From contig JBHLSH010000002.1 of NCBI GenBank assembly GCA_048881705.1, forward strand, positions 114,109 through 178,108: DNA of 64,000 bases. The letters run 5' to 3'. Source of the DNA: Candidatus Heimdallarchaeota archaeon (lineage in GTDB: Archaea > Asgardarchaeota > Heimdallarchaeia > Hodarchaeales > Hodarchaeaceae). Positions 9,838 through 19,074 of this stretch are shown here, piece by piece. Both the position numbers and the translations under genes were made by a program. Below the pieces are notes generated by a model. The model saw nothing but the letters and a program-made list of their open reading frames with translations. It was not told the DNA's origin and made no database searches. Within the stretch, counting starts at the first letter, position 1. Every line of letters starts with the position of its first letter.

Positions 9838-10881
9838 TTGCTTTCTTCCCGTCGCTTGTATTTAAATAACTGGGCCATTCTTACCAAACAAGGGGAAGTC
9901 CAATGGCACTTTGGCGATGTGGAAAACGAAGACAAGTTACTCCAAACAGCAGACTTTGTTACCGCCTTGACTAAGTTAGGTGACCAAATATTGGGTCAGG
10001 GTGTCGGTATTGTCCGGCTTCGGTACCCCCGCCCTCATCCTACCCAAGCAAACCAGATTCTAATAGTAAATCTACTCGACCAGTACAGTATCGTTGTTTC
10101 TGATCCATTAGTAACAACCAGACTCATGCATAAAATCGAACTGGATCAAGCTCACCTGGATGACATGCGAAGTATTTTGGCAGGATCAGCAGCTGTGATC
10201 TATTCTCAATTTTATTCCAGTAATGGATCCAAACCAGTTTTAAGCAGAAGCGACGTTGATTCGCTCTTCCATGAAGCCATCAATGCTGTGACCTACAATA
10301 CAGATCAGGTGACAGTGGGGAACGGTGAATGTTCATTCAGTGCATTAACACTGGAAGAACTCCTCTTTTTTCACGCCCTCATCAGAGAATTGTTGGAATC
10401 ATATGCGATTCGATTCAAAAGCAAACCTTGGGGAATTATCCACGGAAAGGCAGGTGTTCCAATATATTTAGAGTATCAACCACCGGCTGATTCCGCAATT
10501 ATTTCCGCTTTTGCTTCGGTTATCGTCAATTATTGCTACCTCCTTTTTCAGGCTTACCCCGCACGCCTTGTCTTTGGGGCCCATTCAATGGAGTCTATGG
10601 ATTTCATTGCCACAGACCAAACGGTTTTTGTTACAAATTCTCCAAGTCAATTGTTACGACTTCAACGATTTGTACGTCTATGGAGACAAGTCCCAGCCAA
10701 TGTTGTCACCGACCTTGCCGAACCAATGAAAGAATATTTCATCAAACTTGCTCTACGTGAAGAACGAGAGAAGCTTAAGAAATTTGAATTATATCGAGTT
10801 ATAAATAGATTAACGAAAATGGGAATAAGACGTGCCCGTGATTACCGTTTACCGAGAAAACTAATATTAGAGGACGACTAA
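9838..10881 (+). CDS. Tandem longin-like domain protein
   Basis: Two beta-beta-alpha-beta-beta-beta units: WAILTKQGEVQWHF...ADFVTALTKLGDQILGQGVGIVRL and WGIIHGKAGVPIYLEY...IISAFASVIVNYCYLLFQAYPARLVF. Pattern recognition only. Confidence 0.55.
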   Translation: MLSSRRLYLNNWAILTKQGEVQWHFGDVENEDKLLQTADFVTALTKLGDQILGQGVGIVRLRYPRPHPTQANQILIVNLLDQYSIVVSDPLVTTRLMHKIELDQAHLDDMRSILAGSAAVIYSQFYSSNGSKPVLSRSDVDSLFHEAINAVTYNTDQVTVGNGECSFSALTLEELLFFHALIRELLESYAIRFKSKPWGIIHGKAGVPIYLEYQPPADSAIISAFASVIVNYCYLLFQAYPARLVFGAHSMESMDFIATDQTVFVTNSPSQLLRLQRFVRLWRQVPANVVTDLAEPMKEYFIKLALREEREKLKKFELYRVINRLTKMGIRRARDYRLPRKLILEDD

Positions 10882-10897
10882 ACGTGAACCCTTTTTT

Positions 10898-11068
10898 CTA
10901 GTATTCTTCTTCCTGCCCAATTTCCCTGCCGCATCGTGAACAACGGTAAATGAGGAATTCATCATACTCTCGTTTTGCGTGCTCTCCTTTCTTCCCTTTG
11001 ATGATTTTTGTGGTAATTGGCCTGTAAGAATGTCCGAAAAGCATGCAGATGAGTCCCAAGTTTAACAC
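10898..11068 (-). CDS. Small Zn-binding protein (DUF1660-like), 56 aa
   Basis: Missed by the ORF track. GTG 11068 gives MLNLGLICMLFGHSYRPITTKIIKGKKGEHAKREYDEFLIYRCSRCGREIGQEEEY* (C-x4-H ... C-x2-C; the C..FGH...C.RCG pattern). It starts 10 nt after the ybaK stop on the same strand. Confidence 0.75.
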   Translation of the reverse strand: MLNLGLICMLFGHSYRPITTKIIKGKKGEHAKREYDEFLIYRCSRCGREIGQEEEY

Positions 11069-11078
11069 ACGCTTTTTT

Positions 11079-11534
11079 TCAAATGGGTATTGAAATGTCA
11101 GCGATTAACGGATGCGTACAGTCAAGAAGCTCCGATAACGTAATTTTAAGATTGGCAAAAGGGGCTCCTCCACCAGCATAGAGGATTTGTTGATTAATAA
11201 CCAGTTCATCCATTATAACAGGTAGAGGGATACTTATTGGCGGCACATCTCCCACATCATATCCTGTCTGTTTTTTAACCTGTTCAGGGTTCGCTAATCT
11301 TATGTCTTTTACATTAAGCAGTTTTTTGAGTTTTCTCGTTTTGATTTTTCGATCACCTTGGAGTATAACTAGATAGAAGTCATCAGTATTTGTAACAACG
11401 ACAATTGATTTTATGATATCTTCAGGATCGCAACCTAATGCGACCAAGCTTTCCTCAACTGTTGAAGATGGTGTGTTCAACTGAATGATTTCCGCAGATA
11501 GTCCATTGTTATCAATGAATTCTTGGAGCCGCAT
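11079..11534 (-). CDS. ybaK: YbaK/EbsC family aminoacyl-tRNA deacylase
   Basis: IIKSIVV (catalytic Lys), GYDVGDVPP, YAGGG. Confidence 0.88.
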   Translation of the reverse strand: MRLQEFIDNNGLSAEIIQLNTPSSTVEESLVALGCDPEDIIKSIVVVTNTDDFYLVILQGDRKIKTRKLKKLLNVKDIRLANPEQVKKQTGYDVGDVPPISIPLPVIMDELVINQQILYAGGGAPFANLKITLSELLDCTHPLIADISIPI

Positions 11535-11655
11535 CCTACTTCCTCATCTGTTGTAAATCGCTTTAGTTCAGGCGTGACGCTTACTTGAGCGTTTTACCTT
11601 GAATAAAATATATTTTTGTCATATACTCAGTTCCCTGCCTAGGTGGTGGTTAACA

Positions 11656-12204
11656 GTGCTGCAAAACGATAGAGTGCTATTACGTGGCCTAGAGCTCACT
11701 GATGTAGATGAACTGATGAAACACTGGAACAAAAGAGAAGTCAAGAAGTATCTCAATAAAAAGGTACCCCATAGCAGAGAAGAGGAACTAGAGTGGATTC
11801 GTCAAACCTGGGAACTTCGCCGAAAGGGAGATGCATACATATTCGCCATCATCCTAAGATCGAAGGATCTTTACATTGGAAACGTAGAGCTCAGCATTCA
11901 AAACAAAATCAGTCGACGTGGCGTTATTGGGATTGCGATCTTTAATCCATCATTTTGGAATCAGGGCATAGGAAGTGAAACTCTGCGCGAAATTCTAAGG
12001 TTTGGATTTCAGGACCTTAATTTACACTCAATTGAGCTAGAGGTTTTCTCGATAAATCAAAGAGCTTTGACCTGCTATCGAAAAGTCGGATTTCGTGAGT
12101 CAGGAAGACGACGTCAAGCTGTGTTTATTGAAGGAGAGTACGTAGATTCAATTGTAATGGATATAGTGGCTGCTGAGTGGCCCCTAAATCAGGTTGGAAC
12201 ATAA
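11656..12204 (+). CDS. GNAT N-acetyltransferase, RimJ/RimL family
   Basis: IGNVEL, FWNQGIGSE, LEVFSINQRALTCYRKVGFRESG. GTG 11656 follows an AGGTGG SD-like motif. Confidence 0.9.
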   Translation: MLQNDRVLLRGLELTDVDELMKHWNKREVKKYLNKKVPHSREEELEWIRQTWELRRKGDAYIFAIILRSKDLYIGNVELSIQNKISRRGVIGIAIFNPSFWNQGIGSETLREILRFGFQDLNLHSIELEVFSINQRALTCYRKVGFRESGRRRQAVFIEGEYVDSIVMDIVAAEWPLNQVGT

Positions 12205-12227
12205 GGAAAGGTACAGATCCTACCGTT

Positions 12228-13088
12228 TTAGGATCTAATCATACCTCCTATTGCGGTGACTTCGATTCCTTCTTCCTCTAAATTGTCCAAAAAAGGATTT
12301 ATCCCGATCGAATCCGATGCAAGATGTCCGGTAATCATTAATTGTCCGTATTCTAGGGCTAAAATCCGCGATAGCTCTGTTGGCGCAATATGGATATATA
12401 TCACCGTGTCAATGTGATTCTGAAAGTACAAATTGGCAATCGAAAAACCTCCGTTTGTAAGGGCACCGTGACTAAACACCCATTTTCCAATACCCTGATT
12501 AGAATCACCTTTGATGACTTCAATTTTTGTTTTAGCTTTTTGAAACTCTGGAAACGTTGTCTCAAGTAACGAGGCAACAGACTGAAGACTAGGATCGGTT
12601 TCTTTCTCCATGAAGTCCTCAATGGCTTGACCTATCAATCTTCTCCCCAATTCATCAGATGGACAATGAATGTTCAGGAACGGCATTCCAATCAGCTGGG
12701 CAAATGTAGGGATTGCAGCATAATTCCGAGCATGAGCCCCCACCTTTAGCGATCGCAATTTTTCTTCAACGACCTTTCGGGCCTCCTCTTGTGGGACACC
12801 TTTTTCGACAAGTTGGTCCTGATGTCTTCTGAAGACCTTATAGTACTCCACAAGCCCAACAGGGTGATGTGCAATGACTGCATCATACCCAGCGTTTTTT
12901 GCGTAATATATCTCTGTTGGCCCAATATCTATTCCATATAGAACTCTCTGAATATCGCTTCCCGGGACATGCACTGCCGAGTCGGAGGGAAGTTTCTCCA
13001 TATTGACTAGATCAAGAGCAATTTTGATGATTCTATCAGTATTCAATTCATAAACACCTTTATTGGATAATAAACTAATAAAGTTCAC
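12228..13088 (-). CDS. NIF3-like (DUF34) metal-binding protein
   Basis: VLYGIDIG, DAVIAHHP, NIHCPSD, GHLASDSIG. The true start is probably the downstream TTG (NTDRII). Confidence 0.75.
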   Translation of the reverse strand: MNFISLLSNKGVYELNTDRIIKIALDLVNMEKLPSDSAVHVPGSDIQRVLYGIDIGPTEIYYAKNAGYDAVIAHHPVGLVEYYKVFRRHQDQLVEKGVPQEEARKVVEEKLRSLKVGAHARNYAAIPTFAQLIGMPFLNIHCPSDELGRRLIGQAIEDFMEKETDPSLQSVASLLETTFPEFQKAKTKIEVIKGDSNQGIGKWVFSHGALTNGGFSIANLYFQNHIDTVIYIHIAPTELSRILALEYGQLMITGHLASDSIGINPFLDNLEEEGIEVTAIGGMIRS

Positions 13089-13868
13089 TTAAATAGGTGA
13101 TTTAGCAACAGATCTGTTTTTAATATGAGATATCTTCTCTTGAAGCCGCACACGACTAGGATCTTCTTCAAATAGCATCCCATACTGACAGACAGACCGA
13201 AGAGTGCACACATCACATTTTGGATCATGTTTTTGGCATGTATTCTGACAATGGACTACAATTAAGGCATGAAATCGCCCGAGAACGAGGGAATCCCGTG
13301 GTAGTTCTTGCTGGATCTCAGCTTGAATCTTCTCATAGTTCAGCTTGAGGTATACCTCTTTTAGGTGATAACGTGCAAGAAATCTCCTGGTATAAGTTCC
13401 AACAACAGAAATTGGTTGTTGAAAGCAATAAAGGAGAATAGAGTCAGCTGTTTCTTTTCCAATTCCTGGACAGTTGAGTAGAGTGTCTCGGGTAGGGGGT
13501 AACATTAAATCTGAAAACGAAAGTAATAGTCGAGATAAAGCTTGAAGATAGCTCGCCTTTTGTTTATAGAACCCTGCTGGTTTAATCAGATATTCAATTT
13601 TTTCTGATTTTAAAGAAGTTAGATCTTCAAAAGAGTGGATATTAGCCTGATACAGATTTTCAATCGCCCTATCGACATTTCTCCAATTAGTATTTTGAAC
13701 TAGAATGGTTCCAATGGCTACTTCAAATATTTCTTCAGCGGTTTTGCTGCTTTTGATCCAAAGTTCCCAGGTATCATGGTGTGGATCGAGACGATGATAT
13801 TGTCGGTTAAGCATTTCAAAAAGGTTTGAATAATTCGGCCTTTGTTGTTTGGCTGGTTCATTCTTCAT
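13089..13868 (-). CDS. Endonuclease III-related HhH-GPD protein with 4Fe-4S motif
   Basis: GTILVQNTNWRNV, HhH motif PGIGKETADSILLY, C-terminal CQNTCQKHDPKCDVCTLRSVC. Confidence 0.88.
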   Translation of the reverse strand: MKNEPAKQQRPNYSNLFEMLNRQYHRLDPHHDTWELWIKSSKTAEEIFEVAIGTILVQNTNWRNVDRAIENLYQANIHSFEDLTSLKSEKIEYLIKPAGFYKQKASYLQALSRLLLSFSDLMLPPTRDTLLNCPGIGKETADSILLYCFQQPISVVGTYTRRFLARYHLKEVYLKLNYEKIQAEIQQELPRDSLVLGRFHALIVVHCQNTCQKHDPKCDVCTLRSVCQYGMLFEEDPSRVRLQEKISHIKNRSVAKSPI

Positions 13869-13970
13869 TAAGAAGACCCATTCATGTCTAGTGTCAAATT
13901 AATTTCGCCGGAAAATTCGGAAAAAGTTTCTAGTTTAGCTTAAGTAGTTGGTAAAAGCAATCATAATTGT

Positions 13971-14390
13971 ATGTCTCGACCCACTTCCTCCTCAAAGGCA
14001 GATCGTCTGAAGGATCTTGCTTGGGAAATTCTGTGTGTATCTGCGTTCCGGCAGTCAGAGAGACAAAGTTTAAACCTAATAATTACCCTTTCTGGTGTTT
14101 CCAGTCAAGAAGAAGCATCGGAACTCCTTTCACATTTATTCCGGCTTGTAAGAAAAGGAACTATTTACATCCCTGAGGCGAGGCTAGAGATCTTCAAAGA
14201 AGCTCCCGAACGTGTAGACGTTTATTTAACTCGTAACTTTCATGAAACAATGCGAGACCTGGGTGACGAACTCAGGAAATTACACATCACGCTAGATAAT
14301 ATCGAAGAGGAGTTACCCCAAATTCCTCAAAAAGTGTTAATTGATCTGAAGAACCAAGCACTGGGAAAGTATATCGACTTTGTCAAATAA
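13971..14390 (+). CDS. Hypothetical protein, possible winged-helix fold
   Basis: 139-aa ORF. ELLSHLFRLVRKGTIYIP resembles a wHTH recognition helix and wing. Confidence 0.5.
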   Translation: MSRPTSSSKADRLKDLAWEILCVSAFRQSERQSLNLIITLSGVSSQEEASELLSHLFRLVRKGTIYIPEARLEIFKEAPERVDVYLTRNFHETMRDLGDELRKLHITLDNIEEELPQIPQKVLIDLKNQALGKYIDFVK

Positions 14391-14393
14391 GGC

Positions 14394-14437
14394 AGGGAAG
14401 CAGGAAGAGCACGGGCAGGTTGCCTTCTTGTTTCCCT
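14394..14437 (+). other. 3'-UTR hairpin with G.U pairs
   Basis: AGGGAAGCAGGAAG (14394-14407) pairs with CTTCTTGTTTCCCT (14424-14437): 14 bp with two G.U wobbles on the + strand, starting 3 nt after the stop codon. Confidence 0.55.
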
Positions 14438-14583
14438 ATAAATTAAAGCCCTAATTCGATCTTAATTCTTCCAATAACTTATCAGTATATTCCGTCAATT
14501 TCGTTTTGTTTCTCATAAAGGAACGGGGTTTCAGCTAAAAACAGTTAAAATTCACTCTCCTTTGATCCTCTACTTGCGCAAAA

Positions 14584-15384
14584 ATGTATGATCTGGTTCT
14601 GGATGCCATAGTTCTCTTTTTCGCGATTCCATTGTCCATGTGGAATCTTAGAACATTTAAAAAAGACAAATGGAATCTCGCGTGGATCATCCCTTGGTCT
14701 TTACTGTTATTTATAGGAATTTCTCTATTTGAAATCTTGCTTTTCATTATGGGGATTATTTTGGGATATCTAACGGATATCATCGGTGTTTTTGGAAAGA
14801 AATGGTGGTATCCTCACTATTCTAATCGTCTATATTCCCTATCAGCGGGTTATGGCTGGGGAATTATCACGTTAATCATATTCAGGCTTTATTTCTATAT
14901 TATAGAAGACTCAGCGAACATAATGAGCTGGATACTCCTAGCAGTTTTTCTATTTCTTTGGATCAGTGCTGAAATAGTTTGGGGTCAACCAAATCTTTCT
15001 AATCCATGGTTGATAATACGGACGGTTCTCACAATCCTTTTCCTCTTAATATCCGATGATATTCTTTTTCTCTTGGTAGCCGCGGCGGGAGCCGTATATC
15101 TTGAGCTGTTGGGAACATCCCTCCGAATCTGGATTTATTATGATAAGGCGCCGTCTTACCTGCATTTAGGGGCGGGATATGCTCAATTGAGCTATGTGTG
15201 TTTTCTGATTGCAAACCTAGTCACAAATAACATCTTTCCCTCCGTTCAACAGATAATAATCCTTCTGATGCTAGTGGTTCTCTATATCATGGATTACTCG
15301 GGAATAAAACTCTCAATATGGGAAAATAGAAAGAAAAAAACGTTGATTAACAAATCGAAGAGTAAGCAACGGAATTTAAATTAG
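14584..15384 (+). CDS. Polytopic membrane protein with two [DE]xxGxxxxxWxY repeats (DUF2878/lycopene cyclase/CruF-like)
   Basis: LTDIIGVFGKKWWYP and LELLGTSLRIWIYY, each following a TM pair. Lies 11 nt upstream of the UbiA gene. Confidence 0.6.
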   Translation: MYDLVLDAIVLFFAIPLSMWNLRTFKKDKWNLAWIIPWSLLLFIGISLFEILLFIMGIILGYLTDIIGVFGKKWWYPHYSNRLYSLSAGYGWGIITLIIFRLYFYIIEDSANIMSWILLAVFLFLWISAEIVWGQPNLSNPWLIIRTVLTILFLLISDDILFLLVAAAGAVYLELLGTSLRIWIYYDKAPSYLHLGAGYAQLSYVCFLIANLVTNNIFPSVQQIIILLMLVVLYIMDYSGIKLSIWENRKKKTLINKSKSKQRNLN

Positions 15385-15395
15385 GAAGTGACATC

Positions 15396-16247
15396 ATGGA
15401 GAATCTCAAAGCTGTTACTGACTTAGCCCGCCTGAAAGCTAGTATTTTAGTAGGTTTGGCTGTGATTTTAGGCCAGGTTGTGGTTCTAACTGGCCTAGCG
15501 CCATTTGATCAGCTAATTCTTGGATTTTTGGTAGGATTTGTCCTTTCGGCCTCTACAAATACAATTAATGACGTATTTGATCTAGAATTAGATCGTCTCG
15601 AAAAACCTGAGCGACCTCTCCCTCAGGCTGAATTATCCGTGTTTCAAGCAATCTTATTGTTCGCAATTGAAACATTTCTAGCGATTTTATGCAGTCTATT
15701 CCTAAACTTACCCGCGTTTATTCTAACTGTCTTTATAGCGGGTATTTCCTTTATGTACTCGTATAGCCTCAAGAATTATCTTCTTTTCAAAAACACTCTC
15801 ACCGCTTTCGGTGTGGCCTCGGCGTTTCTTGTAGGAGCGTTGAGCATAGGAAGAATACTTCCTCTTGCTGTAATCCTTTTTTTCTTTCAGATTTTTATTA
15901 CGGTGGTCGCATTTGAAGTTCACAAAGACATTGCAGATGTTGAAGGGGACTACTATCTGGGAAAAAAAACTATAGCGACGACGTTCGGAACGCGGAAAGC
16001 GGCTTTTTTAGCTGTTTTTTTGTATTCTGCGGCTTTCCTGTTATTTCAGGGAATTTTAATCCAATCGACGTCTTCTCTAATAGGATGGTTATGGATAGTG
16101 GATGTTTTGGGCACCATAATCGGTTTTTATTTCCTCTTTCCAATTATGAGGGAACAGGATCCGCCCACAATCCATCGGGCCCGAAAAAGGATAATGGCTA
16201 CCTTAGGTATTTTTGTTGTTGCTTCAATTCTCAATTTTCTTGGTTGA
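15396..16247 (+). CDS. UbiA-family prenyltransferase (DGGGP synthase-like)
   Basis: NTINDVFDLELDRLEKPERPLP, YSYSLK...KN, EVHKDIADVEGD...KKTIATTFG. Confidence 0.9.
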   Translation: MENLKAVTDLARLKASILVGLAVILGQVVVLTGLAPFDQLILGFLVGFVLSASTNTINDVFDLELDRLEKPERPLPQAELSVFQAILLFAIETFLAILCSLFLNLPAFILTVFIAGISFMYSYSLKNYLLFKNTLTAFGVASAFLVGALSIGRILPLAVILFFFQIFITVVAFEVHKDIADVEGDYYLGKKTIATTFGTRKAAFLAVFLYSAAFLLFQGILIQSTSSLIGWLWIVDVLGTIIGFYFLFPIMREQDPPTIHRARKRIMATLGIFVVASILNFLG

Positions 16248-16265
16248 AAATACCTGATCGGTTTC

Positions 16266-17462
16266 CTAGAAACTTAAAGGGGCAAACTGAACTAAATCAG
16301 ATACAGTACCGCTAAATTCCTGAAACTGCTCTTGTTCGATTACGATTCCTGGTTTACTGAGCAGCTTGCCAAAACTTTCGTAGAAACGTTTTGAGTATAG
16401 ATTGATCAAATCAGCAATCGTCGGATTTATTTCGGATGTGATAAGATAAAGCACAAAATGATCAGTGGAATGAATATGGATAAGTTTATCTCCAAATGCA
16501 ATGGAGGAAAGGCCTTCACGGCTTTCCAAGGTCTCAGATAGGCTTATATTCAAAGCTGCTAGCATTCCTCCCAATAATACATTCAGATTATCATATGAGG
16601 TTTCCTTATTCACAAAATCAAAGGTGTACAATGTAAGCCCGTCAGGATTCGCAAAAGTCAAAGAATTCAACTTGGCGGACGTGATTGCTAATAAAGAGGG
16701 ATATTTTCTGAATGCAGCCGAAAAAGCAATTCCACCAACCGCTAAAGGTAGTGCAAACGTCAGCGCTAGCTGGAACTGATCAAAGAATGGGATACGTTGA
16801 AGTAGTAATGTAATAAAGCCAAGAATCAAAGAAATGTATGCCACTGGCCACCATCTTGTTGAAAAATCTGTCGGATTCACTTGAAGTTTCTGAATATTCT
16901 GAAGGTTCCGAATATGGCGGAGAGCCACAAGAACCAAAAGAGCAATCAACACAACTAATCCTAGAACCACCAATATATCATAGTCAATGTAGATCGCTCC
17001 GTAACGGAGGTCTTGTGGTGTAACACTTGGAGTTGTCTGCGCAGAAAGCCAAAAGAAATCTAAGGTGGTGAAAATGGCTCCCGCAGAAAACCCAGCCAAG
17101 CCGCCAATGAATATTTGAGTAGCGGACCATTGTCGTGAGGGATCACGAGGTTGCAAATTCCAAAGTCCAATTGCAAAGGTCCCTATTCCAATCGCCCCTA
17201 TGCTAAATGTGAACTTATAGAATAGGACAAGAGTTTGGTGCATCTCTTCTGCCATTCCGAGTAATCTTAGTCCTACAATCAACACAACCGTCAGGATAGG
17301 GAGCGTTGCCAAAAAAAATCCCCAGGTGAAGAAACGGAGACCAGCAAAAGGATATTTGCGGTACAACTGATATTGTTGAAAGGATGAAATAAGAAAAGCC
17401 GTTACACATATTATCCCTGTCAATAAATCTATCCATAATGCCAATATTTCAAAATTCGCCAT
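16266..17462 (-). CDS. Seven-TM membrane protein fused to C-terminal longin domain
   Basis: Seven hydrophobic segments in aa ~5-250. Then LTFANPDGLTLYTF...LLGGMLAALNISLSETL...LSSIAFGDKLIHIHSTDHFVLYLIT...FYESF, a typical Asgard longin pattern. Confidence 0.75.
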   Translation of the reverse strand: MANFEILALWIDLLTGIICVTAFLISSFQQYQLYRKYPFAGLRFFTWGFFLATLPILTVVLIVGLRLLGMAEEMHQTLVLFYKFTFSIGAIGIGTFAIGLWNLQPRDPSRQWSATQIFIGGLAGFSAGAIFTTLDFFWLSAQTTPSVTPQDLRYGAIYIDYDILVVLGLVVLIALLVLVALRHIRNLQNIQKLQVNPTDFSTRWWPVAYISLILGFITLLLQRIPFFDQFQLALTFALPLAVGGIAFSAAFRKYPSLLAITSAKLNSLTFANPDGLTLYTFDFVNKETSYDNLNVLLGGMLAALNISLSETLESREGLSSIAFGDKLIHIHSTDHFVLYLITSEINPTIADLINLYSKRFYESFGKLLSKPGIVIEQEQFQEFSGTVSDLVQFAPLSF

Positions 17463-17826
17463 TTTTACTACCTAAATGCATTTATTAATTCCAAAGAAGT
17501 GCTAAACCATCCATTGCTCTGCTAACTTCAGTTAAGCACAATATCCTTCTCAGAAAATCGCCATGATTATACTTATTTAGAATGCTTCAACTATCGTAAT
17601 CTCTTATTGCGTTAGAGAGAAAAAAACGGGGAAAGCACCCTTAAGTTGTACACAAAGAATTTCTTACTAGCTTTTCTTAAATTTGTATCCTTTCATTTAA
17701 CTTCACCAACAGAAATTTCAATGAATCAATATGAATTACAGTCAGTACTATTACTTTATTATATAGGGTCAATAAACTTCAGGAGAATTTGCGTTCTTCC
17801 TCACAGTAGCGAGACTCCGAAGAGGC

Positions 17827-18963
17827 ATGGTATCACTGATGACACAGACGATTCGCATTGCAGGGGCGGGAATTTCAGGCCTTTCTGCCGCCATCTCGAT
17901 CGCACAAGGAGACAATGGGCGACATATCGAAGTTAGAGACAAGGCTAGTTCCTATCATGCCAAACAAGCACGCGGGATAAATGCCCTTCGAAACTATCAA
18001 TCTAAAACGGACATTCTTGAGGAATATCGCCAATTGGGATTCAAATTTCATACAGGAAACGTCTTTCATCCTATTCATAATCAGATCTATTTTATAGATA
18101 CCAATCATTATTTTGATGTTACCTCAGACGAGAAGCCGCTTTTCTACTCAGTTGCACGAGGTACGGAAGAAAGCATAGATGCCTTGCTCGTGGAACAAGC
18201 GGAAGGGCATGGGATTGATATTCGATGGGGGTTAACTTTCGATGGCGAAACCCCAGAAATTCTCGCCACGGGAGCAAAATATAGCCACTGTTTTGGATAT
18301 GGACAGCACTTCGTGGATGTCAAGGAAACCGATACTATCGTAATCCTCCAAAATTCCAAATACAGTCCCTTCGGGTATGCGTGTTATCTACCGTCAGCGA
18401 AACACGAGGCATCCGTAATACTAGGATCATTTCATCCTTCTCATCCATCTTCCAAAGACACTAAACAAAACTATCATCGAATTATTACTGAAATCCCACT
18501 GTTTAGTGATTATCTTGAAGGTGCTTCAGTAATACATACGTTATCTGGAAAGGGTAATTTCGGAATACCCAGTTCTGCGATCCAAGGAAAATCTCTCTTG
18601 GTTGGAGAACGTGCAGGGTTCTTAGAAGCCTTTAGAGGATTTGGCATCCACACTGCCCTTCTATCGGGATATGCAGCTGGTAAGGCCCTAGTAAATGGCA
18701 AAAATTATGATGACCAGTGGCAATTACTGCTCAACAAGATTCTTCACCGTGGGCTTTTACGGCGGATGGCGGAGAATGAACTAAACATTGGTTCAGAAGA
18801 TATAATGAGAAAGTTAGCATCTCAACTTCCCCGCAAAATTAGCTACGACGTATTTCGTCGTGCTTTGCGGGAACAGGAAAAAAAGATGCTCGGAAATCTT
18901 GACCCGCATAAGTTAGCCCTACTAACTCAAGCTGTCGAGCAATGGAACCGTGAGTATTGGTAG
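17827..18963 (+). CDS. FAD-dependent oxidoreductase, GGR-like (COG0644)
   Basis: IAGAGISGLSAA and LVGERAGFLEAFRGFGIHTALLSGYAAG. Confidence 0.85.
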   Translation: MVSLMTQTIRIAGAGISGLSAAISIAQGDNGRHIEVRDKASSYHAKQARGINALRNYQSKTDILEEYRQLGFKFHTGNVFHPIHNQIYFIDTNHYFDVTSDEKPLFYSVARGTEESIDALLVEQAEGHGIDIRWGLTFDGETPEILATGAKYSHCFGYGQHFVDVKETDTIVILQNSKYSPFGYACYLPSAKHEASVILGSFHPSHPSSKDTKQNYHRIITEIPLFSDYLEGASVIHTLSGKGNFGIPSSAIQGKSLLVGERAGFLEAFRGFGIHTALLSGYAAGKALVNGKNYDDQWQLLLNKILHRGLLRRMAENELNIGSEDIMRKLASQLPRKISYDVFRRALREQEKKMLGNLDPHKLALLTQAVEQWNREYW

Positions 18964-19074
18964 TTTGCTTTTCATTTCACTAATTCCTTAATTTCAAAAT
19001 TCATTAAAGGGAGGTTAGTAAGGAACTCCTAGATACTAGGTTATTATGATTACCCGGTTTTACTGGTGATATAA

